NCBI GenBank assembly: GCA_046757165.1
Contig: JBHHXT010000057.1
Location: 1-24,854 of the forward strand
DNA length: 24,854 bases
Reading direction: 5' to 3'
Source of the DNA: a bacterium
GTDB taxonomy: Bacteria; Zhuqueibacterota; Zhuqueibacteria; Oceanimicrobiales; Oceanimicrobiaceae
Made by a program: the position numbers and the translations under genes. Below the pieces are notes generated by a model. The model saw nothing but the letters and a program-made list of their open reading frames with translations, was not told the DNA's origin and made no database searches. Positions within the stretch are counted from its first letter, which is position 1. Every line of letters starts with the position of its first letter. Of the stretch, positions 15,328-24,819 are shown piece by piece.

Positions 15328-17739
15328 TTATTTATCGATCGTCCTCGCTGTTCCAGCCTGAAGCTCCTGTGTCAACACCTCCCGTACCTTCTTGCCGAGG
15401 GTCTCTTTGGTAAACGGTTTTTGCAGGACGACGTAAGATTCTTGCTCAGCGCTGCTCAGACCCGGTATCGCGGAATGAACGTCATAGCCTGTCACAAAGA
15501 TAACAGGCAAATCTGGAGACATCAGGTTTAACGCCTTGTAGGTGTCGATGCCACTCATTTCAGGCATGACAACATCGATGATCACCAGATCGATGGTGTT
15601 GCTTTGTTGCTGGAATACGGACAATCCTTCTTTGCCGCTGCGCGCTGTGAGAACTCTGTACCCCAGGCCGCTCAGGATTCTGCCGGTCACTTTGAGAACG
15701 GCGTCTTCATCCTCGACCACCAGAATGGTTTCCCATCCGCCGGGAATGGTTTCTTTTGTTCGTGTGTTCACTCTCTCTGAGGCTGGCAGGGTCACGGCTG
15801 GCAAAAAGATGTGGAAGGTCGCGCCCTTCTGCCGTTGGCTCTCGATTTGGATGACACCGTGGTGCCGTTTGACGATGCCGTAGGCCACAGCCAGGCCGAG
15901 CCCGGTGCCCTGACCCACTCCCCTTGTCGTATAGAAGGGTTCAAAGACGTGCGCCCTGGTTTCTTCGTCCATGCCAACTCCTGTGTCAGAAACCGACATC
16001 TGCACGAAATTCTTTGCCGCATGAGAATCAGCGTGGCCTTCTTGCGCGGCTGTCTCATACAGCCATCTCTCGTCTGCCACAAAGTTCCGGGTGGCGATGG
16101 TCAGCCGGCCTCCTTTTGGCATCGCATCGCGGGCATTGACCGTGAGATTCATCAACACCTGCTGGATCTGAGCGGGGTCGGCCATGACAGGACTCAGGTC
16201 GGCATCGAGGTGGGTCTCAATGTGAATATGCTCGCCGATGACCCGCTTCAAAAGTCTTGTTTGGTCCAGGATCAATCGATTGAGCTGAACCAGTTTTGGC
16301 TCGATCGCATGCTTCTTGCTGAAGGTCAACAGTTGGGTGGTCAGTTCGCGCGCCTGGATGGCAGCGGTTTCGATTTGCAGCAATTCTTCATGACCCCGCT
16401 CGCCGGGCTTGATATCCCGCAGACCGAACTCGGCATTTCCGAGCACGACCATCAGAAGATTGTTGAAATCGTGTGCCACGCCCCCTGCCAGCCTGCCGAT
16501 GGCTTCCATTTTCTGCGACTGCAGTAACTGCTGCTCCAGTCGCTTGCGTTCGGTGATGTCCATCATAAAGCCGACAAGCTCGCGTGAGCTGTTTTCAGCC
16601 GTCATCACGGTCACGACATCACGAATCCATACCACCTCGCCAGTGGAGGCAATAGCGCGGTATTCAAAGTCGTGGTCCTCCACGCCGTCAGCGGCATTCA
16701 GACAGGACTGGTACGCACCTTCGCGATCGTCAGGGTGAATCCGCTCTTTCCAGACATTGAGGTCGATCCAGCTCTCTGCCGGATAGCCCAGGACCTGCTC
16801 GACTTGCTTTCCCATGTAGGTAAATCGTCCTGTCGCCTGATTGAGCTTCCACGGAATGGCATTGGTGGATTCCACTAAGGTGCGGTACTTTTTCTCGCTT
16901 TCCTTCAGCGCCTGTTCCGCCTCCTTGCGCTCAGTGATGTCGAGCACAACACCTTCATAATAATCAGGACTTCCCTCTCCTGAGCCTATCCGTAACATGT
17001 AATCTTCCACCCACAACTGGGTGCCGTCTTTCTTCTTCAGTCTGTAGACAAAGACCCCTTTGTGGTGCTGGCGGAATTCTTTGATGACCGCCTCCCTTTC
17101 CGCGGGACTGAAATAAACATCTCTCGGGATACTGACACACAGAAGTTCCTTCCGGCTTGCGTATCCGAGCATGTTGACCAAAGTAGAGTTGACTGTCAGG
17201 AACTTGCCCTCGCCGGTTGACTGGTAGATCCCGACCGGCACGCGTTCCACGATCTGCCGGTACTTGGCTTCACTCGCACGCAATGCCTCCTCTGCTTGCA
17301 CGCGCTCGGTGACATCGGCAGTGACGACCATCACTTCTGTAACTTTGCCACCGTGCAGGATCGGTGCCACACGGCTCTCACACCAGGCGTGGGTGCCGTC
17401 CTTCTTCACAACCGGGGTCACATACTTTTGGGGTTGGCCAGATTCAAAGACAGAGTCGAGGATGTCTTTTAGTTTGCTTTGTTCGCTCGGTGTCAGGAAA
17501 GTGTATGCGCTGGTTCCGACAACTTCATCGAGGTTGCCATCCGAGCAGGTGCGATTGAGGAAAAGGATCTTGCCGCTGCGGTCCAGAGTGACGATGCGTT
17601 CCGGGGCATGCTGCAACAAAGAGCGCCATTTCTTCTCTTCTTGCGGGCCTTTACTCACTCTCTCCTCGAGCTCAGCTACCTGCTGGCGCAAACCCTGCAA
17701 CTCTTCAATGAGCTGCTCTCTGGTCTTTCTTTCGTCCAT
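15328..17739 (-). CDS. Cytoplasmic hybrid sensor histidine kinase (3 PAS/PAC - HisKA - HATPase - receiver; CckA-like architecture)
   Basis: Three PAS/PAC units ending DVTER/DITER. H-box LAGGVAHDFNNLL, N-box QQVLMNLTVNARDAM, DTGVGM, FEPFYTT, GTGLGL. Receiver VVEDE...IDVVMP...TG...KPF. GGAGG RBS before ATG 17739/17742. Confidence 0.93.
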   Translation of the reverse strand: MDERKTREQLIEELQGLRQQVAELEERVSKGPQEEKKWRSLLQHAPERIVTLDRSGKILFLNRTCSDGNLDEVVGTSAYTFLTPSEQSKLKDILDSVFESGQPQKYVTPVVKKDGTHAWCESRVAPILHGGKVTEVMVVTADVTERVQAEEALRASEAKYRQIVERVPVGIYQSTGEGKFLTVNSTLVNMLGYASRKELLCVSIPRDVYFSPAEREAVIKEFRQHHKGVFVYRLKKKDGTQLWVEDYMLRIGSGEGSPDYYEGVVLDITERKEAEQALKESEKKYRTLVESTNAIPWKLNQATGRFTYMGKQVEQVLGYPAESWIDLNVWKERIHPDDREGAYQSCLNAADGVEDHDFEYRAIASTGEVVWIRDVVTVMTAENSSRELVGFMMDITERKRLEQQLLQSQKMEAIGRLAGGVAHDFNNLLMVVLGNAEFGLRDIKPGERGHEELLQIETAAIQARELTTQLLTFSKKHAIEPKLVQLNRLILDQTRLLKRVIGEHIHIETHLDADLSPVMADPAQIQQVLMNLTVNARDAMPKGGRLTIATRNFVADERWLYETAAQEGHADSHAAKNFVQMSVSDTGVGMDEETRAHVFEPFYTTRGVGQGTGLGLAVAYGIVKRHHGVIQIESQRQKGATFHIFLPAVTLPASERVNTRTKETIPGGWETILVVEDEDAVLKVTGRILSGLGYRVLTARSGKEGLSVFQQQSNTIDLVIIDVVMPEMSGIDTYKALNLMSPDLPVIFVTGYDVHSAIPGLSSAEQESYVVLQKPFTKETLGKKVREVLTQELQAGTARTIDK

Positions 17740-17938
17740 CATAACACCTCCTCGCAGGGCCGCGAGTTGAGTGGGAACAGTAAACTCCTTCGGAGCGAGC
17801 ACTTTCTTGAGCCAAAAGGTCGGAAAACATTACGAAATTACGAAAAAAAACGTGTCTTAACAACATAAAAGAAGAATGACGGCCAATTCTTGCATGAATT
17901 TTTCTTAACATATCCCGGTTTTGTTATGAAGAGCACCG

Positions 17939-18243
17939 CACTGTTAGCCACGAATGCTCACGAATGAACACGAATAGCTAAAAGAAAGAATTCGTGAGAA
18001 TTCGTATTCATTCATGGCATCAATTTCGTGGCATCAATTCTTGTTCACTGTTAGCCACGAATGGTCACGAATGAACACGAATAACTAAAAGAAAGAATTC
18101 GTGAGAATTCGTGTTCATTCATGGCCTTACAAACGTCCGGCGATGAAATAAAATCTGTCAGCGAATTGTATATGCTAATACTTTCTCACCTATAGTGTTA
18201 GCCACGAATGAACAGGAATAGCTAAGATAAAAGAATTGGTGGC
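17939..18243. repeat. Two 80-bp direct copies plus one shortened copy of a self-complementary element built from CACGAAT/ATTCGTG decamers
   Basis: Copy 1 (17939-18018) and copy 2 (18046-18125) differ at 3 positions. Each has 3x CACGAATRNN, an A-rich loop and 3x ATTCRTR. Copy 3 (18196-18243) has fewer units. Confidence 0.88.
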
Positions 18244-18282
18244 CTTAACCTTTACTCACAAACAACTGGAGGGACAGACGTT

Positions 18283-20910
18283 ATGAGAAGAAGCCTCTTG
18301 CATGGTGTCATTTGGGCGGCGGTTTTCGTGTGGTGCGCACTGCATCCGAAGGGAAGAGAACTACTTGCGCAAGATTTCACGTTTGTTGCGCAACAAACTA
18401 TTGGCGTTGGCACCGCCGACGTTCAAATCGAAGTCTTGGACCCGGCCGAAACCACAGGCGACACCTACCGGGTGACGTTTGCGGTGCAAAACGACGCGGT
18501 TTCTTATGCCATCGAAAATCTCACCACACAAACTTCGGTTGTCGACGCTCTACCCATCGATGAGCCATCGCCTGTCTTCGATGGCGTTCGTGTTTCAATC
18601 GACATCCCCCCACCCCAGATTCGCAGTATCCTGGAAGTCATGTACGGAAACACGATCGTGGATCCGCCGGTGCACGTCTTCCGGCCGGGAGACCGTGAGG
18701 CAGCAGGCGGAAACAATTCGACCGATGAATACACCTTTGTCGGCGGAGGGGGCGCGGGCGGCCTCGACCGCATTGCTCGCAGCGAAGGCAACACCAACTT
18801 TAATGACTATGAACTTCGTTCTGATGGCAACCCGGAGGGTAGAAACAAGTTCATCTATGCGTTCCGGGGTGCGGGCACCATCAATGTGCCTTTTTCGCTG
18901 TGGAACATCGGACGGGCGACGCCGGACGACCCTTCAGATGACCATCAAGTGATCGCCATCGGCTTTGACGATAGCGGCAACTCCGCAGCCTACGACGGCG
19001 GCGCTCCGCCCGCTGACGGCGGTGCGGGCACCATGTTCGACCGCATCTACGCCTATGAGCTCGCTGAGCGTTCCGGCGCTGACATCAACGGCGACGGGCA
19101 GGTGGATTATGACGACGTCTTGCAGGATATTGCCAACAATGGTGGCGATATCAGCCAGCAATTCTTCGGCAGGCCTTACGTTGGACCAGAGGTCTTCGCC
19201 CGCTTCTCGATGGTCAGTCTCGCTGGCGACGTCGAGTTTATCCCACCCGCCGGCACCACTATTCGTATTGTCAGCTCCAAGCCGATTTCGCAGGAGGATG
19301 TCTATGAGTTTGCCACGCCGGAATTCGGCTTGTTCTCGCCAGTCGCCACCATGAGTTTTGGCAATGTGCGATTGGGTGAAAGCTTCACCCTGCCGTTGGT
19401 GCTGGTCAATGCCAGTGGCGGTGTTATCACCATCAGCAACATTGCTGCTGATTCGCCCGATTTTTCGGTGGCAACCACGAGCCTTGCACTCGCAGACGGC
19501 GACACGGAGCAAGTGGAGCTGACGTTCACGCCTGCATTCGTCGGGTTGGTGGAAGGGACGCTCACCATCTCCAGCGACGACGCCTTCTTTCCAGAATTCC
19601 GCCTGGCCGTTACAGGCGAAGGCCTGCCGATGACCGAGGGGATCATCAATGTCGTCGGCCACATCGCCATTCCACCAGAAGGGAGCGTCTCGGACATCTG
19701 GGGCTACTTTGATGCAGCCGCAGGGCGGGAGTATGCCCTGGTCGGTGGGCTGGGAGATGTGGGGTTTACGATGGTCGAGGTCACAGAGCCGGCCAGACCG
19801 CGGATCGTCTCCCAGGTTACCGGTGTGCCCGGATTCGATGTCAAGGCCTGGGGCCACTTTGTTTACACTGTGACCGGCGGCCCTGGACCGAGCCAGGGGA
19901 AGGTGGTCGACGTCCTCGACCCGGCCAATCCGGTTATCGTCGGCTCCTTCGACTCGTCTCACAACATCTACATCACCGATGATGGCTTCATGATTCTCTC
20001 CATTCCAGGCATCCGCGTGTTTGATTTGAAACCCGATCCGACTCGCCCGCAATTGCTGTGGACCGGAGGTGTGGAGGGACACGATGTATCGGTGATCGAC
20101 GCCATTCTGTACGATTTTCACGGCCGGACGGGGACATTTATTTACGACTTCGCCGATCCGAGCAACCCAACGCTGCTCAGCGCCATCAACGACCCGGCCA
20201 TCAGCTACAACCACTCGGGCTGGACCACTGAGGACCGCAACTATCTCTTCATTTGTGATGAGCTGTCACGAGCGCCCGGCCCCGACATTGTCATTTACGA
20301 CATCCAGGACAAAACCAATCCTGTCAGAGTGGGCGGCATTGGCGACAACAGCGCAACAGTACACAATCTGTTTGTCCTCGGAGACCGGCTGGTGGCCTCC
20401 TACTACACCGCCGGCTTCAAAGTGTTGGATGTCTCCGACCCGCTCAACGTCACGGTTCTCGACCAATTCGATACCTCACCGTTGGCGGGGGAAAACTTTG
20501 GCGGCGCCTGGGGCGTCTACCCCTTTGCGCCTTCCGGGAAAATCTACATCAGCGATACCCAGACCGGCCTGCACATTTTTGAGCTGCGCGATAAGCCAAC
20601 CTCGGTATCAAACAGCGGGGGGTCGCTGCCACACGCTTTTGCCTTGCACTACAACTATCCCAATCCGTTCAACCCGGAGACCGTCATTCAGTATGAAATT
20701 CCACAGCAGGCTGAGGTGAAGCTCGAGGTTTACAATACGATTGGGCAGAGAATTCGCACGCTGGTCGACGCCGAAACAGCGCCGGGCACCTACCAGGTCA
20801 TGTGGGACGGCAGGGATGATGGCGGGATTCGCGTGGCGTCAGGACTCTACTTCTACCGGCTGAAGACGGACGCATTTGTCAACACCAAACGCATGTTGTT
20901 GTTGAAGTAG
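18283..20910 (+). CDS. Secreted choice-of-anchor B-like (LVIVD-repeat) protein with ASPM/choice-of-anchor D-like Ig domain and FlgD-Ig/T9SS-like C-terminal domain
   Basis: GGAGG RBS and signal peptide. EF-hand-like DINGDGQVDYDD. FGNV..GES..L.L.N...ITISNI Ig domain. SDIWGY...EYALVG, YNHSGW.TED..YL...DE, VHN, SYY..G, GAWGVYPF..SG...SD...GL. C-terminal NYPNPFNP tail. Confidence 0.88.
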   Translation: MRRSLLHGVIWAAVFVWCALHPKGRELLAQDFTFVAQQTIGVGTADVQIEVLDPAETTGDTYRVTFAVQNDAVSYAIENLTTQTSVVDALPIDEPSPVFDGVRVSIDIPPPQIRSILEVMYGNTIVDPPVHVFRPGDREAAGGNNSTDEYTFVGGGGAGGLDRIARSEGNTNFNDYELRSDGNPEGRNKFIYAFRGAGTINVPFSLWNIGRATPDDPSDDHQVIAIGFDDSGNSAAYDGGAPPADGGAGTMFDRIYAYELAERSGADINGDGQVDYDDVLQDIANNGGDISQQFFGRPYVGPEVFARFSMVSLAGDVEFIPPAGTTIRIVSSKPISQEDVYEFATPEFGLFSPVATMSFGNVRLGESFTLPLVLVNASGGVITISNIAADSPDFSVATTSLALADGDTEQVELTFTPAFVGLVEGTLTISSDDAFFPEFRLAVTGEGLPMTEGIINVVGHIAIPPEGSVSDIWGYFDAAAGREYALVGGLGDVGFTMVEVTEPARPRIVSQVTGVPGFDVKAWGHFVYTVTGGPGPSQGKVVDVLDPANPVIVGSFDSSHNIYITDDGFMILSIPGIRVFDLKPDPTRPQLLWTGGVEGHDVSVIDAILYDFHGRTGTFIYDFADPSNPTLLSAINDPAISYNHSGWTTEDRNYLFICDELSRAPGPDIVIYDIQDKTNPVRVGGIGDNSATVHNLFVLGDRLVASYYTAGFKVLDVSDPLNVTVLDQFDTSPLAGENFGGAWGVYPFAPSGKIYISDTQTGLHIFELRDKPTSVSNSGGSLPHAFALHYNYPNPFNPETVIQYEIPQQAEVKLEVYNTIGQRIRTLVDAETAPGTYQVMWDGRDDGGIRVASGLYFYRLKTDAFVNTKRMLLLK

Positions 20911-20958
20911 GGGCCGTCCAAATCGTCCGCAAGAGATGTCATGTTGAGACGCCTCGAA

Positions 20959-21426
20959 TCATTCCGCATCGATGATTTTCACCTCACAGGAAACCTGCCG
21001 CTCGAGTGCGTTGACGACCGAGCCAAAAATGAGGCGGGAGAGGTTGGAGCGTTTGCGGCGATTGATGACGATCAGATCGGGGTCCTCCAGTTGTGTCACG
21101 CGCAGGATTTCATCGAGAACCGAGCCGCTGCGGACGATCGAGCGCACGCGCACGTCTTGCTGCCGGGCGCACTGCTCGATCTCGCTGATGCGCATTTCCG
21201 ACTGCAGCCTGTACTCTTTGAGCAACGACAGATAGAGCTGCTCGGATGGTTTGCCTCCTATCCAGCCTTCGTCGGTCAACTTGTCGACGATTCGGTTGGC
21301 AAAATCGATGTCCAGGACAAAGAAGACCACCAGCTCCGCATGGTTCTTCTTGGCCAGCTTGATCGCCTCGTCAACGGACTTCGGGCTGTTGCGCAAAAAC
21401 GAAAGAATCAACAGGATCTTTTTCAT
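20959..21426 (-). CDS. Universal stress protein (UspA family)
   Basis: MKKIL..., A..LAK...AEL, G....EIL.....D.DLIV, 'LIFGSV...L....C.V'. The RBS overlaps the upstream stop codon. Confidence 0.88.
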   Translation of the reverse strand: MKKILLILSFLRNSPKSVDEAIKLAKKNHAELVVFFVLDIDFANRIVDKLTDEGWIGGKPSEQLYLSLLKEYRLQSEMRISEIEQCARQQDVRVRSIVRSGSVLDEILRVTQLEDPDLIVINRRKRSNLSRLIFGSVVNALERQVSCEVKIIDAE

Positions 21427-21432
21427 ATTTCC

Positions 21433-22836
21433 TCAAAACTTGAATCCAATCATCGGCCAATAAAGCCAAATTGAAGATGCAAAGACAATAAACGCAAAGA
21501 GTTTCAGGATCATTCCGCCGACGATGGTATCCCGCATGCCGACAAATCCTGACGAGTAAGCGATGGCCGTTGCCGGGGTGCCCATGGGGAGCTGGAAGGC
21601 CAGTCCCGAGGGGATGGTGAGCGCCATCGTGATGATTCTGGGGTCGAGATTGAAGTCTGCTGCCAGCCCCAACGCCAGCGGCATCATGAGCGCCACCACA
21701 GCGGTGTTGCTGATCGCTTCGGTCAAAAAGAGTGAAATCAGCGCCACAGCCAGGACCAGGCCCCAGGCAGAGGTCACGAGGCTCCCCAGAGATTTTGCCG
21801 CCAGCCAGTGGGCTGCCCCAGTCATTTCCATGGTAAATCCCAGACAAATGGCGCCGCCATACATCAGAAAGATGCCCCAGTTGACGTCCTCTTCCACCTC
21901 TTTCCAATCCAGCAGGTTGAACAAGAATGCCACCACCACCGCGGCAATGGCGATGTTGGCCAGGCCCAGCACCTTGCCAAAGGCGATCCAGGTGAAGATG
22001 GTCAGCAGCATCAAGCCGCCGATAGCCAGCTCGCGCCGCGTGATGCGTCCCATCTTGAGCTCTTTCCGTTTCAGGGCCGTTTTGGCTTTGCTGATGTCTC
22101 GAACCTCCGATGGAAAGAGTTTGAGCAACGAAAAATACGCCACCACCAGCATGAGCACCACCGTTGGCAGGGTCGCCAGGCTCCAGGACAAAAAGTCGAT
22201 GGTGGTGCCGCTGGTCTGTTGCAAAATACCCACGGCCAGCGGCGCCCGCGCGCCGCCCAGAAACGTGGTGATGCCGCCGATAATGCAGCCCCAGGTCATG
22301 GCCAGGAAAAGCGCTTTGCCGTAGTTGCTCTTGCGCGGTACGAGCTTGAGCGCATCGACGACTTCCAACACGATGGGAAACATCATCGCGGCCACGGCGT
22401 GCTCCGACATCCAGAACGACAAGAACGCCGACAAGCACAGGAAACTCGAGATCAACCCCCTCGGGCGATCCCCCAGGTGCCGCAGGGTCAAAAGCGCCAG
22501 CCGCGTACTCAGCCCGGACCGCATGATGCCGGAAGCCAGGATGAACGCACCCAGAATGAAGAAGATCGCCTCGTTGCCAAACAGGGCATAGGATTGGCTC
22601 GTGGTCAGCACGCCCGTGAGCGGGAACAAGATGATGACCAGCAGACTCGTGATCATCAAAGGCAGGGCATGCGAGACCCACAGCATGATGGCAACGACAA
22701 AAATGGCGATGGAGAGGTGCGCCTGATTGGAGAGCCCTTCCGGAGTGGGCAGCATGACGATAAGCGTAAAGAAGAGCAAGGACAGGCCGATAACCGCGGG
22801 CCTGAATCCTCTCTTGAGCGCATTTCTGAGGGCCAT
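21433..22836 (-). CDS. DASS/SLC13 family sodium-coupled anion symporter (IT superfamily)
   Basis: More than 11 hydrophobic segments; GLSTRLAL, VNWGIFLMYGG, LTEAISNTA, FQLPMGTPATAIAY. Start probably MALRNA (22836); alternative 22869. Confidence 0.9.
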   Translation of the reverse strand: MALRNALKRGFRPAVIGLSLLFFTLIVMLPTPEGLSNQAHLSIAIFVVAIMLWVSHALPLMITSLLVIILFPLTGVLTTSQSYALFGNEAIFFILGAFILASGIMRSGLSTRLALLTLRHLGDRPRGLISSFLCLSAFLSFWMSEHAVAAMMFPIVLEVVDALKLVPRKSNYGKALFLAMTWGCIIGGITTFLGGARAPLAVGILQQTSGTTIDFLSWSLATLPTVVLMLVVAYFSLLKLFPSEVRDISKAKTALKRKELKMGRITRRELAIGGLMLLTIFTWIAFGKVLGLANIAIAAVVVAFLFNLLDWKEVEEDVNWGIFLMYGGAICLGFTMEMTGAAHWLAAKSLGSLVTSAWGLVLAVALISLFLTEAISNTAVVALMMPLALGLAADFNLDPRIITMALTIPSGLAFQLPMGTPATAIAYSSGFVGMRDTIVGGMILKLFAFIVFASSIWLYWPMIGFKF

Positions 22837-22885
22837 CCTGTCCCCGTATGCTTTCGAGTCTGCTTTCATGCTTCCGATGCTGCGC

Positions 22886-23722
22886 TTACGACCATTCGAT
22901 AAAAAGGGTCCTTTTCGCTGGCTGGCAGGTGGGGCAAAAGAAGGTATCAACCCCCAAAACGCCTTCGCGCCGGATGGTGGTGGTGCATCGAGGACAGGGC
23001 TGGCCCTTGCGGTTGCGCACCTTCACATGGTCGCGCACCTTGACCTCGATGGGCTGCCCGGCCTTCTTGACCTCGGCAATGCCCCACTGCATGACGGTGG
23101 CGATGCTGCTGTACAGTCGCTCCACCTCACCGGCGTCAAGCTGGTGGCAGAAAGTCTTGGGATGCACCCCGGCGTCGAACAAAATCTCGTCGGCGTACGC
23201 GTTGCCGATAGCGCTCAACAAGGTTTGGTCCATGAGAAAAACGCGCACCTGTTTACGTTGGCTTTTGATGAGCTTCTGCAAGCGCTCGAGGGTGAAATCG
23301 GGGCTGAGAATGTTCACCCCTTGCTCGAGATAACGCGGAATCTTTCCGTACTGGCCGGCGGGAATAAGGTAGACCTTGCCCATTTTTTTGTCGTCCAAAT
23401 AGTGCAAACACGATCCGTCCTGCAGAACAAAGGTCACACACAAGCCGCGGCCGGTTTTCTCTTCCGGCGTCGCATGTTTCAGCCTGCCGGCCAACATGGG
23501 ATGCAGCACGAGCTCGAGCCCGGCATCGAGTTGAAATCTCAGGAATGGACCATGCCGGCAGACCTGGTCAAACTGCACCCCGAGCAGGCTGGCTTCGAAC
23601 CCGCCGGTCGTCAAAACCCTGAGAACGATGGGCTCTCTGATGTCGACCTGGACGATGGTCTTGCCGGGGAGAAGGTGGTTGAGACGTTCCTCAATATAGA
23701 CCAGGTCTGGTAATTCAGGCAT
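22886..23722 (-). CDS. Fpg/Nei family DNA glycosylase/AP lyase (atypical, PELPDL type)
   Basis: True start MPELPDL (ATG 23722). H2TH motif LMDQ....IGNAYADEILF.A..HP. C4 zinc finger CPRC...CPTCQ. Confidence 0.9.
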   Translation of the reverse strand: MPELPDLVYIEERLNHLLPGKTIVQVDIREPIVLRVLTTGGFEASLLGVQFDQVCRHGPFLRFQLDAGLELVLHPMLAGRLKHATPEEKTGRGLCVTFVLQDGSCLHYLDDKKMGKVYLIPAGQYGKIPRYLEQGVNILSPDFTLERLQKLIKSQRKQVRVFLMDQTLLSAIGNAYADEILFDAGVHPKTFCHQLDAGEVERLYSSIATVMQWGIAEVKKAGQPIEVKVRDHVKVRNRKGQPCPRCTTTIRREGVLGVDTFFCPTCQPAKRTLFIEWS

Positions 23723-23727
23723 ATGCG

Positions 23728-24633
23728 CTAAGCCAAATTCAAAATTCGCTCCAGATTGCCGCCAAAGATCAGCGCCTGCTCGCGCCACGAAAGGTTGGAC
23801 TCCGTCAGAACGCCGTGCTGCGTCTCGAAGATTTCCCTGCGCCAGCCACGCGGGAAAAACGACGAGTCCGTGCCGAACAGCAGCCGTTCCGGCCCGGCAA
23901 CTTCGAGCGTCTGCTCGAACACCTGCTTCAACGTCAAAGGGGGCGTGATCCAACTGTTCGAGCTCGAGGTGTCGAAATAGACGTTGTTGCACTGCGCTGC
24001 AACCGAGAGCGCCTCTTCGAAGCAGCCGCAACCGAAGTGGGGAACAATAAAATTCAGCTCCGGGAAATCGAGCGCCGCTTGCCGGAGGTCGAGTGGGTTG
24101 GAGTACTTCAAATCGATATTGTCTGGCAGTCCCAGTTTTTGAAAAATCGGAATGCTCAGCTGGCCAAAGTGGATGAATACCGGCACAAGGGCAGAGACCG
24201 CTTCCTCATAAATCGTATAGGCGACTTGATCGCTGGCGCGAAAGTGGTGCAGGGCTGGAAAGAGCAGCACCCCTTTCATCTCCAGCACGTTGAGCGCGTA
24301 CAGCGTTTGATTGCGCGCGTCCGGCAAAGTCGGGTCGATCATCACGTAGCCGAGGAGCCGGTCCGGATAGGTATTGGTGGCGGCCGCGAGGGACTCGGCA
24401 TCGTTCAACTTGCTGGCGAACAGCACCTGCTTCGCCAGCCCATGCTTTTCTTGCTCCGTTACCCACCGCTTGCCCAGCTCGGCTGGATCTCTGGGCGGCG
24501 CCTCCCACCCCAGCTCGCGCGCCAGCGCCTCCACGGTTTCGAATTTGTTCTTTGCGAGCTGGTAGAACTGCCCTAACCAGTTGTAGGAAAAGAAGTGAGT
24601 GTGGGCGTCTATGATTGGAAACGTTTTTGGCAT
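23728..24633 (-). CDS. Amidohydrolase family protein (Amidohydro_2, TIM-barrel metal-dependent hydrolase)
   Basis: IIDAHTH, PVFIHFG, FPELNFIVPHFG, NVYFDTS, ERLLFGTD, IFGGN. Start MPKTF (24633). Confidence 0.9.
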   Translation of the reverse strand: MPKTFPIIDAHTHFFSYNWLGQFYQLAKNKFETVEALARELGWEAPPRDPAELGKRWVTEQEKHGLAKQVLFASKLNDAESLAAATNTYPDRLLGYVMIDPTLPDARNQTLYALNVLEMKGVLLFPALHHFRASDQVAYTIYEEAVSALVPVFIHFGQLSIPIFQKLGLPDNIDLKYSNPLDLRQAALDFPELNFIVPHFGCGCFEEALSVAAQCNNVYFDTSSSNSWITPPLTLKQVFEQTLEVAGPERLLFGTDSSFFPRGWRREIFETQHGVLTESNLSWREQALIFGGNLERILNLA

Positions 24634-24673
24634 TAGGTGATGGCCGGTTTGTGCTGTTCCTTTTAGCGCCCGC

Positions 24674-24702
24674 AAGATAGCCAGCACATAGAAGAAAATC
24701 AA
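24674..24702 (-). promoter_or_regulatory. Putative sigma70-type promoter for the amidohydrolase-Fpg-DASS-USP operon
   Basis: TTGATT (24702-24697) - 17 nt - TATCTT (24679-24674) on the minus strand, 40 nt upstream of ATG 24633. Confidence 0.5.
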
Positions 24703-24771
24703 GCAGGAATTCGCTTTTGCCAGAAAAGCCCGGCGGTGGCATTCGGTGAAAATAAGTTTTTACACCACCGA

Positions 24772-24804
24772 AAGTCCCCGGCACTTTCAAAGTGCCGGGG
24801 ACTT
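24772..24804. repeat. 33-bp palindrome with perfect 16-bp arms (REP-like)
   Basis: AAGTCCCCGGCACTTT-C-AAAGTGCCGGGGACTT. Confidence 0.75.
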
Positions 24805-24819
24805 AACCTGGATTATTCA
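24803..24819 (+). repeat. 17-bp motif TTAACCTGGATTATTCA, probable terminal repeat of an element extending right out of the window
   Basis: 15/17 identical to the reverse complement of 61-77. Confidence 0.45.

Noticed and set aside
17939..18243. Possible CRISPR array
   Set aside because: Units are 80 bp with internal decamer periodicity, spacers are irregular (27 and ~70 nt), there are only 2-3 copies and no cas genes.
21371..22681. 436-aa same-strand alternative-frame ORF over the DASS gene
   Set aside because: Arg/Gly/His-rich composition typical of an off-frame read of a hydrophobic, GC-rich gene.
23723..24031. N-terminal extension of the Fpg/Nei ORF
   Set aside because: The family needs the catalytic Pro directly after the initiator Met, and the extension overlaps the amidohydrolase gene.
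24772..24804. Terminator
   Set aside because: No U-tract, and no gene ends here within the window. Treated as a REP-like palindrome.
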